Source of the DNA: an uncultured Erysipelotrichaceae bacterium
GTDB lineage: Bacteria > Bacillota_I > Bacilli_A > RFN20 > CAG-826
Length of the DNA: 63,693 nt
Reading direction: 5' to 3'
Assembly (NCBI GenBank): GCA_900317295.1
Contig: ONGB01000001.1
Span: 1-63,693, forward strand
Part shown: positions 1 to 9,209 of the stretch, piece after piece
Position numbering within the stretch: the first letter of the stretch is position 1
Layout of the letters: each line of letters begins with the position of its first letter
Position numbers and translations under genes: made by a program
Notes under the pieces: model-generated
What the model saw: only the letters and a program-made list of their open reading frames with translations
Databases searched by the model: none
Told to the model about the DNA's origin: nothing

Positions 1-112
1 GCCACAAGGCGGCTGCGACTGCGGCCTGCAGGAAGCTCCTAGTCACGATCTGGGGAATGCTTCGCAGCGGGTCCTGCTTCGAGAGATAGTCTAGCAAACC
101 GCAGAGATTTTA
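1..112 (-). CDS. partial CDS (3' end only) of an unidentified protein
   Basis: The minus-strand frame is open from the window edge to a TAA (complement of 110..112). The C-terminal peptide reads ...QKSLYDLLGCLN. Too short to assign. Confidence 0.25.
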
Positions 113-180
113 AAAGGGATTTTATGCCCCTTTTTCGGCATGCCCTCAAAAGAGAAAGCGCGAAAAGAGAAAATAAAGAC

Positions 181-200
181 TACTTGACGATACTTGACGA
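181..200. repeat. tandem direct repeat TACTTGACGA x2, each copy holding a TTGACG -35-like hexamer
   Basis: Read directly: tacttgacga tacttgacga, about 130 nt upstream of the first lipoprotein gene. Confidence 0.6.
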
Positions 201-241
201 GACTTATCCTATTTCTTTTATGCGCGTTCCATATATAAAAA

Positions 242-255
242 AGGAAGCGCTTTCA
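242..255. promoter_or_regulatory. cre-like (CcpA-type) palindrome AGGAAGCGCTTTCA
   Basis: Two mismatches to TGWAANCGNTNWCA. Central AAGCGCTT is a perfect dyad. Lies upstream of the operator at 297..312. Confidence 0.4.
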
Positions 256-296
256 CAAACCCATTGACCCCGAATAGTAAGGCGTTCATAATATTA

Positions 297-312
297 AGGA
301 AACCGATTTCCT
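297..312. promoter_or_regulatory. LacI-family operator candidate, copy 1 (AGGAAACCGATTTCCT)
   Basis: 16-bp dyad with central CG, 19 nt upstream of the ATG at 332. Identical copies at 9177..9192 and 20142..20157. Confidence 0.6.
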
Positions 313-331
313 AAATATGGAAAGGAACAAT

Positions 332-2347
332 ATGAAAACCAAACTTCTCCTGACTCTGGCCGCCTCTGCTTTGCTTCTCGCCGCCTGCGGTGGGACTCCG
401 AAGCCGACCCCGACCCCCTCTTCCGAAGAGACCACTTCCGAGACCACCTCGGTCGAAAGCGAAGATTCCTCTGAAGAAGAAGTGACCTCCGAAGGAACCT
501 CTGAAGAAACCACCTCTGAGGAAGCCACTTCCGAAGGCACCTCCGAGGAAGCGACCTCGGAAGAGACCACCTCCGAAGAGTCTTCCGAAGAATCCTCCGA
601 AGAATCCTCCGAATCCTCCTCTGAAGAAGAACATGAGCCCTCCGCGAAAGCCGTCCTCCGCAACATCGGCACCGGAGAGGAAGTCGCCTCCATCACCGAA
701 GGCACGGGCGCCTATAAGCTCGTCGTCGAATTCGAGAACCTCCCCGATGGCGCTGACCCCGCCTCCGCGACCTATACCTTCCCGAAATCCACCGGGATCG
801 CTCGCGTCCAAGAGCAAGCGGGATTTGCCGCCAACGAACGTCTATTCGTCGTCGAATTCGCCGGCATGATCAATGAGACCATCAAAGTCGACTTCAACCT
901 CGGCGGCGATCATCTCGTCTTCAACACTCCGTTAAAACTCGATATCGCCAAAAACGATGCCCTCTACACGAAGATTGGCACCCCCGAAGATTTCGTTAGC
1001 AAAGTCCTCACCGCGACCACTGGCCGCTTTGAGTTGACCGCCAATCTCGACCTCGGCGGCATGGATGCCCCGGGCGCGAAATCCAACGTCACCTTCAATG
1101 GCCTTTTAGACGGCAACGGCCACACGGTTTCCAACTTCGTCGCCGCCCCGCTAGATGATGGGACCACCGGCGGATTATGGACCCACGTCGGCAGCGGTTT
1201 GATCCGCAACACCCATTTCGTCGGCACGATCAACCAGACCGCTGGCTGGGGCTCCTTGCTTGGCAAAGAAGTCCAAGAACTCGCCATCATCGAGAACTGC
1301 CTCTTCGAAGCCACCTCCACCGTCGATACCTCCGCTTTGGATTGGACCTGGCAGCGTTCCGGCATCGTCGCCGGCTTCCTTAAGGGCACCGTCCGCGACT
1401 GCGTCACCTTCAACGTGACCGGCAACGCCCAGATGTTCGATATCGCCCCCTATGCTGGCTCGACCTCGCACATCCAGAACGTCTACACCTCTTCCGCGGA
1501 GAACCTTTCCATCCCCTTCGATCCGAATGGCGGCACGCAGGAATGGTCCGTCCCCGGCGATGCTGTGGGCTGCACCTATAGCGTCGACTGGGCAACCATC
1601 GACCTAGATACCGTCAAACTCGATTCCTCCATCTGGACGTTAGCCGCCGGCGTCGCCCCGAAGCTCGCCCATGATGGCGAATCCGCGGTCGTCTTCTCCC
1701 CGGCTTTGGAAATCGCTGGCATTCCCAACTCTCTTAAAGTTGGCGAACACGCCGCGCTCACCTTCTCCCCGAAGAACTTCCCCGAGGGCGAAGTCGCCTA
1801 TTCCATCGAAAACGCCAGCAAATTGAGCGCCGCCATCACCGATGCTTCGATTGATGTTGAAGCCTTGGCGGAAGGCGATGGTTCCTTCGACCTCGTCGCG
1901 AAGATCGCCGAGACCGAAGTGGCTCGTAAAACCGTCTCCATCGTCGTCTTGGACGCCGGCGCGACCGTTGAGGTCCTCCCCGTCATCGCCCAAGGCAACA
2001 GCCCGACCAAAATCGAAGGCGCCGGCATCTGGGTCTACCTTGATAACACCGACCTTGGCATCACCGGTGCCAACGCCGAATCCATCCTTGCCGACATCAC
2101 GATCAGCGCCACCTCGGAGAACCCGGCGGCCGCTCCGTATGTCGATGGCGGAAGCAACGCTCTCACCTATGACCACCATACGTTCGATGACTATGGCACC
2201 AACACGGTCCGCCTCTTCATCTTCATGAACGCCGGTGTCCCCACCGATTGGGATATGACCATCGAAGTCACGATCAAGCTCACGATCAGCGGCCAAGAAT
2301 ACGCGAAGACGATTTCCTTCTTCAACGGGGTCTACCAACAAGCCTAA
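332..2347 (+). CDS. surface lipoprotein with acidic S/E/T linker, GLUG-like beta-helix module, Ig-like region and an uncharacterised C-terminal module
   Basis: Signal peptide MKTKLLLTLAASALLLAAC with lipobox. AAGGA RBS 5 nt before the ATG at 332, so this start is preferred over 317. Motif FNGLLDGNGHTVSNF is shared with 12552..13916 and 13923..15290. Confidence 0.8.
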   Translation: MKTKLLLTLAASALLLAACGGTPKPTPTPSSEETTSETTSVESEDSSEEEVTSEGTSEETTSEEATSEGTSEEATSEETTSEESSEESSEESSESSSEEEHEPSAKAVLRNIGTGEEVASITEGTGAYKLVVEFENLPDGADPASATYTFPKSTGIARVQEQAGFAANERLFVVEFAGMINETIKVDFNLGGDHLVFNTPLKLDIAKNDALYTKIGTPEDFVSKVLTATTGRFELTANLDLGGMDAPGAKSNVTFNGLLDGNGHTVSNFVAAPLDDGTTGGLWTHVGSGLIRNTHFVGTINQTAGWGSLLGKEVQELAIIENCLFEATSTVDTSALDWTWQRSGIVAGFLKGTVRDCVTFNVTGNAQMFDIAPYAGSTSHIQNVYTSSAENLSIPFDPNGGTQEWSVPGDAVGCTYSVDWATIDLDTVKLDSSIWTLAAGVAPKLAHDGESAVVFSPALEIAGIPNSLKVGEHAALTFSPKNFPEGEVAYSIENASKLSAAITDASIDVEALAEGDGSFDLVAKIAETEVARKTVSIVVLDAGATVEVLPVIAQGNSPTKIEGAGIWVYLDNTDLGITGANAESILADITISATSENPAAAPYVDGGSNALTYDHHTFDDYGTNTVRLFIFMNAGVPTDWDMTIEVTIKLTISGQEYAKTISFFNGVYQQA

Positions 2348-2365
2348 TCCAATCATAAACATCTC

Positions 2366-2387
2366 GGCCCTCGGTAACCCGGGGGCC
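2366..2387 (+). other. GC-rich intercistronic hairpin (9-bp stem, loop TAAC) between the lipoprotein gene and the GH81 gene
   Basis: ggccctcgg-taac-ccgggggcc. No strong T-run follows, so it is more likely a stabiliser or partial attenuator than a full terminator. Confidence 0.4.
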
Positions 2388-2409
2388 ATTTGCTCGAAAG
2401 GGGAGAACC

Positions 2410-5406
2410 ATGAACAAATCCAAATGCCTGATCATCTTAGCCGCCTTGATCCTTTCCTCGTGCGGCAAGGGAGGGAATAAACCCTCGTCTTCCTCCTTGG
2501 ACTCCTCTTCTAATTCCTCCATTTCCAGCGAAATTCATAGCGAAACCTCCAGCGAATCCTCTTCGGAGGCCACTTCGGAATCCGTTTCCTCTTCATCAGA
2601 AGAAACCACTTCGGAATCGACCTCAGAAGCGTCTAGCGAAGAGGCTTCTTCCAGTTCCGAAGCATCTAGCGAGTCTTCCTCTGAATCCTCTTCCGAATCT
2701 AGCGAGGAATCCTCTACCTCCGAAGAAGTGGTGGGGGATTTGACCTTCCTTGGGACGGAGAACCTCACGATCGTCAAAGGGCATTATTTCGATCCCCTAG
2801 AAGGTGTGTCCGTCCAAGAAGACGAAACCGCCCATATCGAAGTGAAAGGCTATGTCGATTATGGGAAAGTCGGTAGCTACACCTTGCGTTATTTCGCTTC
2901 TTCTTCCCTGGGAAGTGGGGAAAAGACCCGCACGATCAAAGTCGCGGAAGGCAGCTACACCCATCCCGCGTTTAATCGTAGCCGCGGGGCGGATCGTTCC
3001 GTTTCCTTAGGCAGCGGATCCTACCGCACCGGGCAGGTTCCCGAAGGCCCGGCGGGGGATGGAAACCAATTCCATCTCGCTCCTTTGCCGACGAATGTCG
3101 ACACCGAAGTCCTTAATCGCGGCATGCTCCCATCCAATCAGTGGTGGTCGGGCTTTGCCTATGACAACCTTGGAGGCGTCACCTTAGGCCAACTCAACCC
3201 CTTGAGCTTTGGCTATATGTCCTCCGGCTTGCACCTAAGCTACCGCGGGGAAGGGTTCACCCAGTATTTCGAAGTCGCGGATACCTTTGGGAAGAACCAG
3301 ACCACGATGTCGAACTTCACCCCGACCTTCCAAGACCTCTTCGTCAAACCTTCTTCTTTAGAAAACGACTATTTCACCTCGATCATCGATTATGATGACG
3401 TCTCGGTCAAAATCGCCGCGCGGAATAGCCAAAACGGCGAGGACGAGATGGTGTCCACCTTCGTCCAAGGCTCCCCCTTCGTCGTTTCCGAATTCAAGAA
3501 CCCGAGCAGCGTGAACATCAACCTCCGCATCCCCGCGGTCACCCAACCCTATCGCTTCTACGATAAGCAGGGGAACGCGGTCACCTCATCTTATGATGGG
3601 GATGGTTTGATCATCTGCTTGCCCCAAGCCCATTACGGGTATGAGACGACCTATCCCTCCACCGCGGTCGGCGCGGCCCTATATCAAGACGTTTATTACT
3701 ACCTGTCCCTACCCAGTGGGAGCCATATTGACTTCGAGCAGGGCGATCATCCCTCCGCGGATTTCAAAGCTCATTTAACGATCCGCCTTGGCAATGGCAA
3801 CGCGCTCGGCGTCGCCTCCTCGAATACCCTAGACGGCGCGAAAGCCTACGCCTCCGCGGGGCAGTCCTTCTTGATGGAGGGCGGCTACGCCTATGAAGGG
3901 GCCGTCAATAGCGGACTTAAGACCACGACCTTCTCCTATAAGGTCCGTCATTTCGGCGAGCAAAATGATCCCTTGATGAGCCTATTGCCCCATCAATGGA
4001 AGAAACTTAACGAGACCCTCCCCATCGCGGGTTCCCTCCCGACCAAACGCGGTTTGACCAAAATCTATCGCGGAAGTTCTTTCTCCATGAATACCCCCTT
4101 CCATGGGTTGACCCCCTCTTTCGCCGGGCTATCCTCTAGCCTCCCCGAGATGGAGGGCTACCTCAATAAGATCATCGAGGACACCGTCCCCGGCGACGTG
4201 TCCATGACGTGGCAAGATAGCCAGAAGAACTATTACAACGCCCCCGGGCCCTACTGGTGTTCCAAGGCCCTTTATCCCTTGGGACAAGGGCTTATCATCG
4301 CCGACCAAATGGGCCTGACCTCCATCAAAAACACCATGAAATCCCGCCTGAAATCCCTTTTGGTGGATTGGTTCACCTATAGTGGGAACGATGACGCGCG
4401 TTGGTTCTATTACGATGAAGCGGTGGGAAGCCTCTATTATTCCGTCGACAATTTCTCGACGAACTCCAGGCTTAGCGACCATCACTTCACCGCGGGGTAT
4501 CTGGTCTCCGCCGCGGCGATCCTAGCGATGTATGATCCGGACTTCCTCCGCGACTATGGGGCGATGGCGAAGCTATTGCTTTTGGATTACATGAATTATG
4601 AAGGCAATCCCTCCTATCCCGCCTTCCGCGGCTTTGATGCCTATGACGGTCATAGCTGGGCGGATGGCAAAGGCGACTTCGGCGACGGGAACGACCAAGA
4701 ATCCTGTGGCGAGGCTCTCCATTCCTGGGCCGCCGGATATTTCCTCGGCGCCGCGCTTGGGGAGAAAGAGATGATGGAGGCCGCGAGCTGGGGCTTCTCC
4801 CTCGAATTAGAGGGCATCAAGCAATACTGGTTCAATTACGATGAGGATAACTGGATCCCCTCGTTGGCGGATTACACCCATGCCTTAGGCATCGTCTGGG
4901 GCGCGAAGAACGACTACGCGACCTGGTTCGGTTCCAACCCCGAATTCATCTACGGCATCCATTTCCTCCCAACCGGCGAATATCTATCCTCCTATGCCTT
5001 CGGAAACGAAGAGAAATCGATGGTGGGCAAGATCTACCAGGAATTCCTCTCCAAAGTCGACGGGGCGCCGCGCTGCTGGCAGTCCAACATGTGGGCGATG
5101 CAGGCGATCTATGATCCCGCGACCGCGAAATCGGTGTTCGATGGATCGAAGATCTACGCCGACCAATACGCGGATGAGGCCGCGGGATCCTATTACATGG
5201 TGAACGCGCTTAACGAACTGGGGCAGAAAGCCATCGACGTCGAACTCGAAGGCGAGCTCGCGCTTACTTCGTATATCAAAGGAAGCATGCGGACGATCCT
5301 CGCTTGGAACCCCACGGGTGAAGCGAAGACCTATTCCTACACCGTCTCCGGCGTCAAGAAAGAAGCAGTGGTCGCCGCGCATAGCTTTACTTTGTTAGCG
5401 ATCTAA
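2410..5406 (+). CDS. lipoprotein endo-beta-1,3-glucanase, GH81 family, with Ser-rich linker and N-terminal Ig-like domain
   Basis: Lipobox ILSSC. GH81 signatures SDHHFTAGY (4477..4500) and GHSWADG...NDQESCGEA with the E-x3-E pair (4693..4716). Confidence 0.85.
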   Translation: MNKSKCLIILAALILSSCGKGGNKPSSSSLDSSSNSSISSEIHSETSSESSSEATSESVSSSSEETTSESTSEASSEEASSSSEASSESSSESSSESSEESSTSEEVVGDLTFLGTENLTIVKGHYFDPLEGVSVQEDETAHIEVKGYVDYGKVGSYTLRYFASSSLGSGEKTRTIKVAEGSYTHPAFNRSRGADRSVSLGSGSYRTGQVPEGPAGDGNQFHLAPLPTNVDTEVLNRGMLPSNQWWSGFAYDNLGGVTLGQLNPLSFGYMSSGLHLSYRGEGFTQYFEVADTFGKNQTTMSNFTPTFQDLFVKPSSLENDYFTSIIDYDDVSVKIAARNSQNGEDEMVSTFVQGSPFVVSEFKNPSSVNINLRIPAVTQPYRFYDKQGNAVTSSYDGDGLIICLPQAHYGYETTYPSTAVGAALYQDVYYYLSLPSGSHIDFEQGDHPSADFKAHLTIRLGNGNALGVASSNTLDGAKAYASAGQSFLMEGGYAYEGAVNSGLKTTTFSYKVRHFGEQNDPLMSLLPHQWKKLNETLPIAGSLPTKRGLTKIYRGSSFSMNTPFHGLTPSFAGLSSSLPEMEGYLNKIIEDTVPGDVSMTWQDSQKNYYNAPGPYWCSKALYPLGQGLIIADQMGLTSIKNTMKSRLKSLLVDWFTYSGNDDARWFYYDEAVGSLYYSVDNFSTNSRLSDHHFTAGYLVSAAAILAMYDPDFLRDYGAMAKLLLLDYMNYEGNPSYPAFRGFDAYDGHSWADGKGDFGDGNDQESCGEALHSWAAGYFLGAALGEKEMMEAASWGFSLELEGIKQYWFNYDEDNWIPSLADYTHALGIVWGAKNDYATWFGSNPEFIYGIHFLPTGEYLSSYAFGNEEKSMVGKIYQEFLSKVDGAPRCWQSNMWAMQAIYDPATAKSVFDGSKIYADQYADEAAGSYYMVNALNELGQKAIDVELEGELALTSYIKGSMRTILAWNPTGEAKTYSYTVSGVKKEAVVAAHSFTLLAI

Positions 5407-5446
5407 CGAGGAAACTTTACGAAACAAAAAGCCCGATAAAATCTAT

Positions 5447-5475
5447 TTGGAAACCGCTTTCATAAGGTTTATAAT
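5447..5475 (+). promoter_or_regulatory. sigma70-type promoter TTGGAA-17-TATAAT with embedded degenerate operator GGAAACCGCTTTC (5449..5461)
   Basis: Hexamers and 17-nt spacing read directly. The half-degenerate copy of the 16-bp dyad lies between -35 and -10. Confidence 0.55.
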
Positions 5476-5520
5476 CAATACACATAATCATCAATTGAAA
5501 AGCAAAAAAGGAGCTTTGAA

Positions 5521-6732
5521 ATGAAGAAAAGATTAATGGTCGTCATGGGTCTAGCCGTCGCTGCCCTTGGCATCGGCGCCACCGCCGCGGTATTGGGAAC
5601 CACCCCCGCCGTGTTCACCCGCGCTACTGGCGAAACCAGGTCGATCGTCTTGACTGCTGCCGATTTTTCTGACGGCAACGGTGATTTCAGCAAAGCTGGT
5701 CTTTCGTTCCACTATGAAAAGATCTCGGTGGTTGGAAACACCGTCACCATTGCAACGAGCGGGACGCTTCAAATGACCATGTCCCACTATTCTGGTGAGT
5801 CTGTTAGTGAAGGCGGGCTTATGGGCAATGGTTTCACTGCCTTGGCCTTCACTGACTACTATCAAGATGGTGTAGGTTCTGTTGCTTTCGGTAAAAAAGG
5901 CACTGTAGATGACATCCTCGCCACTTATACCGTTGCAGCAAGCATGGATTTAACTCATCAAGATGGTGGAGCCGAAGTTCCGAGCGATAACCGTCGCAGA
6001 ATTCACATTAATGCCGCGCACACACTTTCTTTCACCAAAATTACCTATAGCTATGAGTGTGTCGAAGCTAAACCGACCATCGAAATCTCTGGTGATCAAT
6101 TTGTTGAAAAGAACGCCACTGGCAACTTGACCGCTACTACCGAGCGTGTTGATGGGTCCGCTACTTACAACTGGACTTCTTCGAATACTGATGTTGCCAC
6201 TGTTGTTGGTAATGGCAAGTCCGCTACCGTTACCGGCGTTGCCGCTGGCGGCGCCACGATCACCGTCAAGGCTATTGTGAATGAAGCCGTTGTTGCTACC
6301 GACACCTTTGCCCTTACGGTCACCGACCCCGCTTCTAAGGTCTACATGGATTGGAACAAGAGCAACAAAGACCCGAACCACGGTCCTCTCCAGTTCGATG
6401 GCGCGGGCTTAATTATTGGTCTTGATCTTACATCCGTTGGTCGCAACGAAGCTTGGGTCAATGATAATAAAGATAAGATTTCGTTCGAATTTAGCAGAGA
6501 GGGCTGGAATTTGGTCAACTGGCAAACCCCACCCTGGTCCCCGTTTCCTGGTTTCTATGGGTCCTTCCCGAGTGCTGATTTCTCGACCCTGACATCGATC
6601 ACCATTAGGATGCCAAACGACCATGATGTCCTGGCGGTTGCTGAGATGACCCTCTCCTGGTCTGGCAGCACCTATACTGTCTTGACCCTCAACGGCCAGT
6701 CCTTCGCCGCCTATATGGGCATTGCGGCCTAA
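5521..6732 (+). CDS. secreted protein with Big_2 (bacterial Ig-like) domain and an uncharacterised C-terminal module
   Basis: AGGAG RBS. Signal or anchor sequence MKKRLMVVMGLAVAALGIGATAAVLG with no lipobox Cys. Big_2-like segment YNWTSSNTDVATVVGNGKSATVTGVAAGGATITVKA. Confidence 0.75.
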   Translation: MKKRLMVVMGLAVAALGIGATAAVLGTTPAVFTRATGETRSIVLTAADFSDGNGDFSKAGLSFHYEKISVVGNTVTIATSGTLQMTMSHYSGESVSEGGLMGNGFTALAFTDYYQDGVGSVAFGKKGTVDDILATYTVAASMDLTHQDGGAEVPSDNRRRIHINAAHTLSFTKITYSYECVEAKPTIEISGDQFVEKNATGNLTATTERVDGSATYNWTSSNTDVATVVGNGKSATVTGVAAGGATITVKAIVNEAVVATDTFALTVTDPASKVYMDWNKSNKDPNHGPLQFDGAGLIIGLDLTSVGRNEAWVNDNKDKISFEFSREGWNLVNWQTPPWSPFPGFYGSFPSADFSTLTSITIRMPNDHDVLAVAEMTLSWSGSTYTVLTLNGQSFAAYMGIAA

Positions 6733-6745
6733 TCCAAAACCCTAA

Positions 6746-6772
6746 GAAAGAGCCGGCCACCCCGGCTCTTTC
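6746..6772 (+). terminator. rho-independent terminator
   Basis: gaaagagccgg-ccacc-ccggctctttc followed by T-rich sequence. Confidence 0.7.
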
Positions 6773-6795
6773 ATTCATTTATCCACGAATTCCCT

Positions 6796-8106
6796 ATGAA
6801 ATCCCGCCTCTTTAAGACCAATGCTTCCGCCACTTTTGTTCCGGCGCGTTTTCTTGACGAGACGGAAAAAACGGATGGGGAAGTAGTGGTCCGCCCTATC
6901 TACAAACAAACGATCCTCGGCTACGGGGGAGCCTTCACGGATTCCTCGGCATCGTTATACGCGAAACTAGACGAGAAAACGAAGAAGGAATTCATCCGCC
7001 TCTATTTCTCCAAAGAGGGACTTGGCTACAACCTTGGTCGCGTGACGATTGGCTCCTGCGATTTCTCCACGGGGATGTATGACTACGCGGAGAAAGACAA
7101 TTTGTCCGATTTCTCGCTTAGCCATGATGAGAAGGCCATCATCCCGATGATTAAGGACGCGTTAAAGGAAACCTCTTTGTCTTTATTGGCCTCCTGCTGG
7201 TCGCCTTTGGCGAAGTGGAAAGATAGCCATGACAAAGACCACGGGGGACATCTATTAAAAGAACATTTCCCCGACCACGCGGAATACATGGCGAAGTACG
7301 TCGAAGGATATCGCGCCTTAGGTCTTCCCGTCGTCGCGATGACCATCCAAAACGAGCCCGCGGCCACCCAGACCTGGGAATCCTGCCTCTATTCCCCCGA
7401 GGAAGAGGCGGAGATGGCCTTATTGCTTAAGAAAAGGCTCCCGGATACCAAGATTTATGTTTGGGATCATAACCGTGACATCATGCTCGACCGTGTTAAC
7501 GGGAGCCTGTCCGTTCCCAACGCCAAAGAAGCGATCTACGGGGTCGCCTACCATTGGTATGACGGAGATAAGAACGCAGAGATCGCCAAGGTCAAAGAAG
7601 CTTATCCGGATCTGCATATCCTCTTCACCGAAGGGTGCGTCGAATTGCTTAATCTCAATAAAGATGACCCCTCCTCAGCGATCGGGACCTTCGAAAACGG
7701 CAGGCGTTACGCGGAAAACTATATCCGCGACCTGAATTATGGCAGCGAAGGCTTCCTCGATTGGAATCTCCTCCTTGATATGAACGGGGGGCCTAATCGC
7801 GTCGGGAATTATTGCGAGGCCCCGATCCTCACCGACGGGAAATCGCTCCATCCGACCTATTCCTATTACTTCATCAAACACCTATCCTCCTTCCTCCGTC
7901 CCGGGGCGAAGGTGATGGAGGTTGAGGCCCCGGAAGGCGTTCTCGCCGTGGCGGGGAAAAACCAAGAAGGCAGCCTCGCCCTCGTGCTGCTCAACCTAAA
8001 AGAGGGGAGGAATCTCTCCCTATCCATCGGGGCCTGGAAAGGTAAAATACCTTTGGGAAAAAACGAAATCGTTTCAATTGAACTGGAAGGGGTAGATCTA
8101 TGGTAA
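6796..8106 (+). CDS. cytoplasmic GH30 glycoside hydrolase (glucosylceramidase / beta-1,6-glucosidase-like)
   Basis: ILGYGGAFTDSSA, IGSCDFS, TIQNEPA (7342..7362), HWY and FTEGC motifs typical of GH30. No signal peptide. Confidence 0.8.
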   Translation: MKSRLFKTNASATFVPARFLDETEKTDGEVVVRPIYKQTILGYGGAFTDSSASLYAKLDEKTKKEFIRLYFSKEGLGYNLGRVTIGSCDFSTGMYDYAEKDNLSDFSLSHDEKAIIPMIKDALKETSLSLLASCWSPLAKWKDSHDKDHGGHLLKEHFPDHAEYMAKYVEGYRALGLPVVAMTIQNEPAATQTWESCLYSPEEEAEMALLLKKRLPDTKIYVWDHNRDIMLDRVNGSLSVPNAKEAIYGVAYHWYDGDKNAEIAKVKEAYPDLHILFTEGCVELLNLNKDDPSSAIGTFENGRRYAENYIRDLNYGSEGFLDWNLLLDMNGGPNRVGNYCEAPILTDGKSLHPTYSYYFIKHLSSFLRPGAKVMEVEAPEGVLAVAGKNQEGSLALVLLNLKEGRNLSLSIGAWKGKIPLGKNEIVSIELEGVDLW

Positions 8107-9113
8107 CCATCTACGACATCGCGAAGAAGTGTGGGGTATCCCCCGCGACCGTCTCCAAGGTCATCAATAACTACTCGGCGATCCCCGAGGTGACGAAAGA
8201 GAAGGTCCGCCAGGCGATGGCGGAGCTCAATTACATTCCTAATGCGAACGCGAAATCCTTGTCCAAGGGCAAATCCCGCAACATCGGGGTCATCGCCTAT
8301 TTTGGGATGGACATCACCCCGTTTAAGCACGCGTTGTTCACCGAGATCCTCGACGCGGTTCAGCAGGAGATGGATTCCTCGCGTTACGATTTGCTTTTCG
8401 TTTCGCATAACGTCGCCGGGCAGCATGGCTCTTTCTTAAAGAATTGTCTCTCCCGCGATATCGCCGGGGTCGTCCTCTTCGGCAATTTCGCCCACCCGGA
8501 GATGAAGGAAGTCCTCGCCTCCCCGATCCCCAAGGTCGCCTTCGACTATGTTGGGGAAGGGGTCTCCAGCGTCTCCTCCAACTCCAAGCATGACATGCAC
8601 GAGCTCACCGAATACCTCCTCTCGCTAGGGCATCGCGACATCGTCTTCCTCCACGGCGAGGATGGCGAGGTCACCCGCCTCCGCATCGAAGGGTTCCGCT
8701 CCGCCATCGAAGAAGCGGGGATCCCTTTCCGCGAGGATATGCTCGTCGAAGGCCGTTATTTCGATATCGAAGGGGCAAAAGACCTCACCAAGAAGATCCT
8801 CGCCAGGGAACATCGCCCGACCGCGATCATGTATCCCGACGATTTCTCCGCGATCGCCTCAATCGGGGTGATTTCCTCGCTCGGGCTTCACTGCCCCGAG
8901 GATATTTCGATCACTGGGTACGACGGATTGGATGTTTCCCAGATGGTCACCCCGCATCTAACTACCGTCAAACAAGACCTTTCCGGCATCGGAAAAGAAC
9001 TTGCCAAGAAGCTCATCGAAGCCATCGAAAACCCCGATGCGGAACCTTCAAACATTCGTTTGGCTTCCACACTTTTGAAGGGCGGATCGGCTGGAAAAGC
9101 CCCCGCGAGATAA
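8100..9113 (+). CDS. LacI/GalR-family transcriptional regulator
   Basis: N-terminal HTH MVTIYDIAKKCGVSPATVSKVINN followed by a periplasmic-binding-protein-like sugar domain. The ATG overlaps the GH30 stop. Confidence 0.9.
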   Translation: MVTIYDIAKKCGVSPATVSKVINNYSAIPEVTKEKVRQAMAELNYIPNANAKSLSKGKSRNIGVIAYFGMDITPFKHALFTEILDAVQQEMDSSRYDLLFVSHNVAGQHGSFLKNCLSRDIAGVVLFGNFAHPEMKEVLASPIPKVAFDYVGEGVSSVSSNSKHDMHELTEYLLSLGHRDIVFLHGEDGEVTRLRIEGFRSAIEEAGIPFREDMLVEGRYFDIEGAKDLTKKILAREHRPTAIMYPDDFSAIASIGVISSLGLHCPEDISITGYDGLDVSQMVTPHLTTVKQDLSGIGKELAKKLIEAIENPDAEPSNIRLASTLLKGGSAGKAPAR

Positions 9114-9140
9114 ATTTGAAAAGTCAGGTATGCTTTTCGC

Positions 9141-9169
9141 TTGCCTGTAAGCGCTTACGCGTATAAAAT
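9141..9169 (+). promoter_or_regulatory. sigma70-type promoter TTGCCT-17-TAAAAT
   Basis: Hexamers and spacing read directly. A cre-like site overlaps the spacer, and the operator lies 7 nt downstream. Confidence 0.55.
9146..9159. promoter_or_regulatory. cre-like (CcpA-type) site TGTAAGCGCTTACG
   Basis: 13 of 14 positions match TGWAANCGNTNWCA. Sits between -35 and -10 of the transporter operon promoter. Confidence 0.55.
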
Positions 9170-9176
9170 AAATTTC

Positions 9177-9192
9177 AGGAAACCGATTTCCT
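9177..9192. promoter_or_regulatory. LacI-family operator candidate, copy 2 (AGGAAACCGATTTCCT)
   Basis: Identical 16-bp dyad, 17 nt upstream of the ATG at 9210. Confidence 0.6.
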
Positions 9193-9209
9193 AAAAGGAG
9201 ATATCCCAT

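Noticed and set aside
286-817. Minus-strand ORFs 286..705 and 311..817 (also 2535..2777 and 59417..59632), encoding S/E/D-rich or G/F/R-rich proteins antisense to lipoprotein linkers.
   Set aside because: These are mirror images of the (TCC/GAA)n linker DNA. The plus-strand genes have RBS, lipobox signal peptides and recognisable downstream domains, and the antisense ORFs have none.
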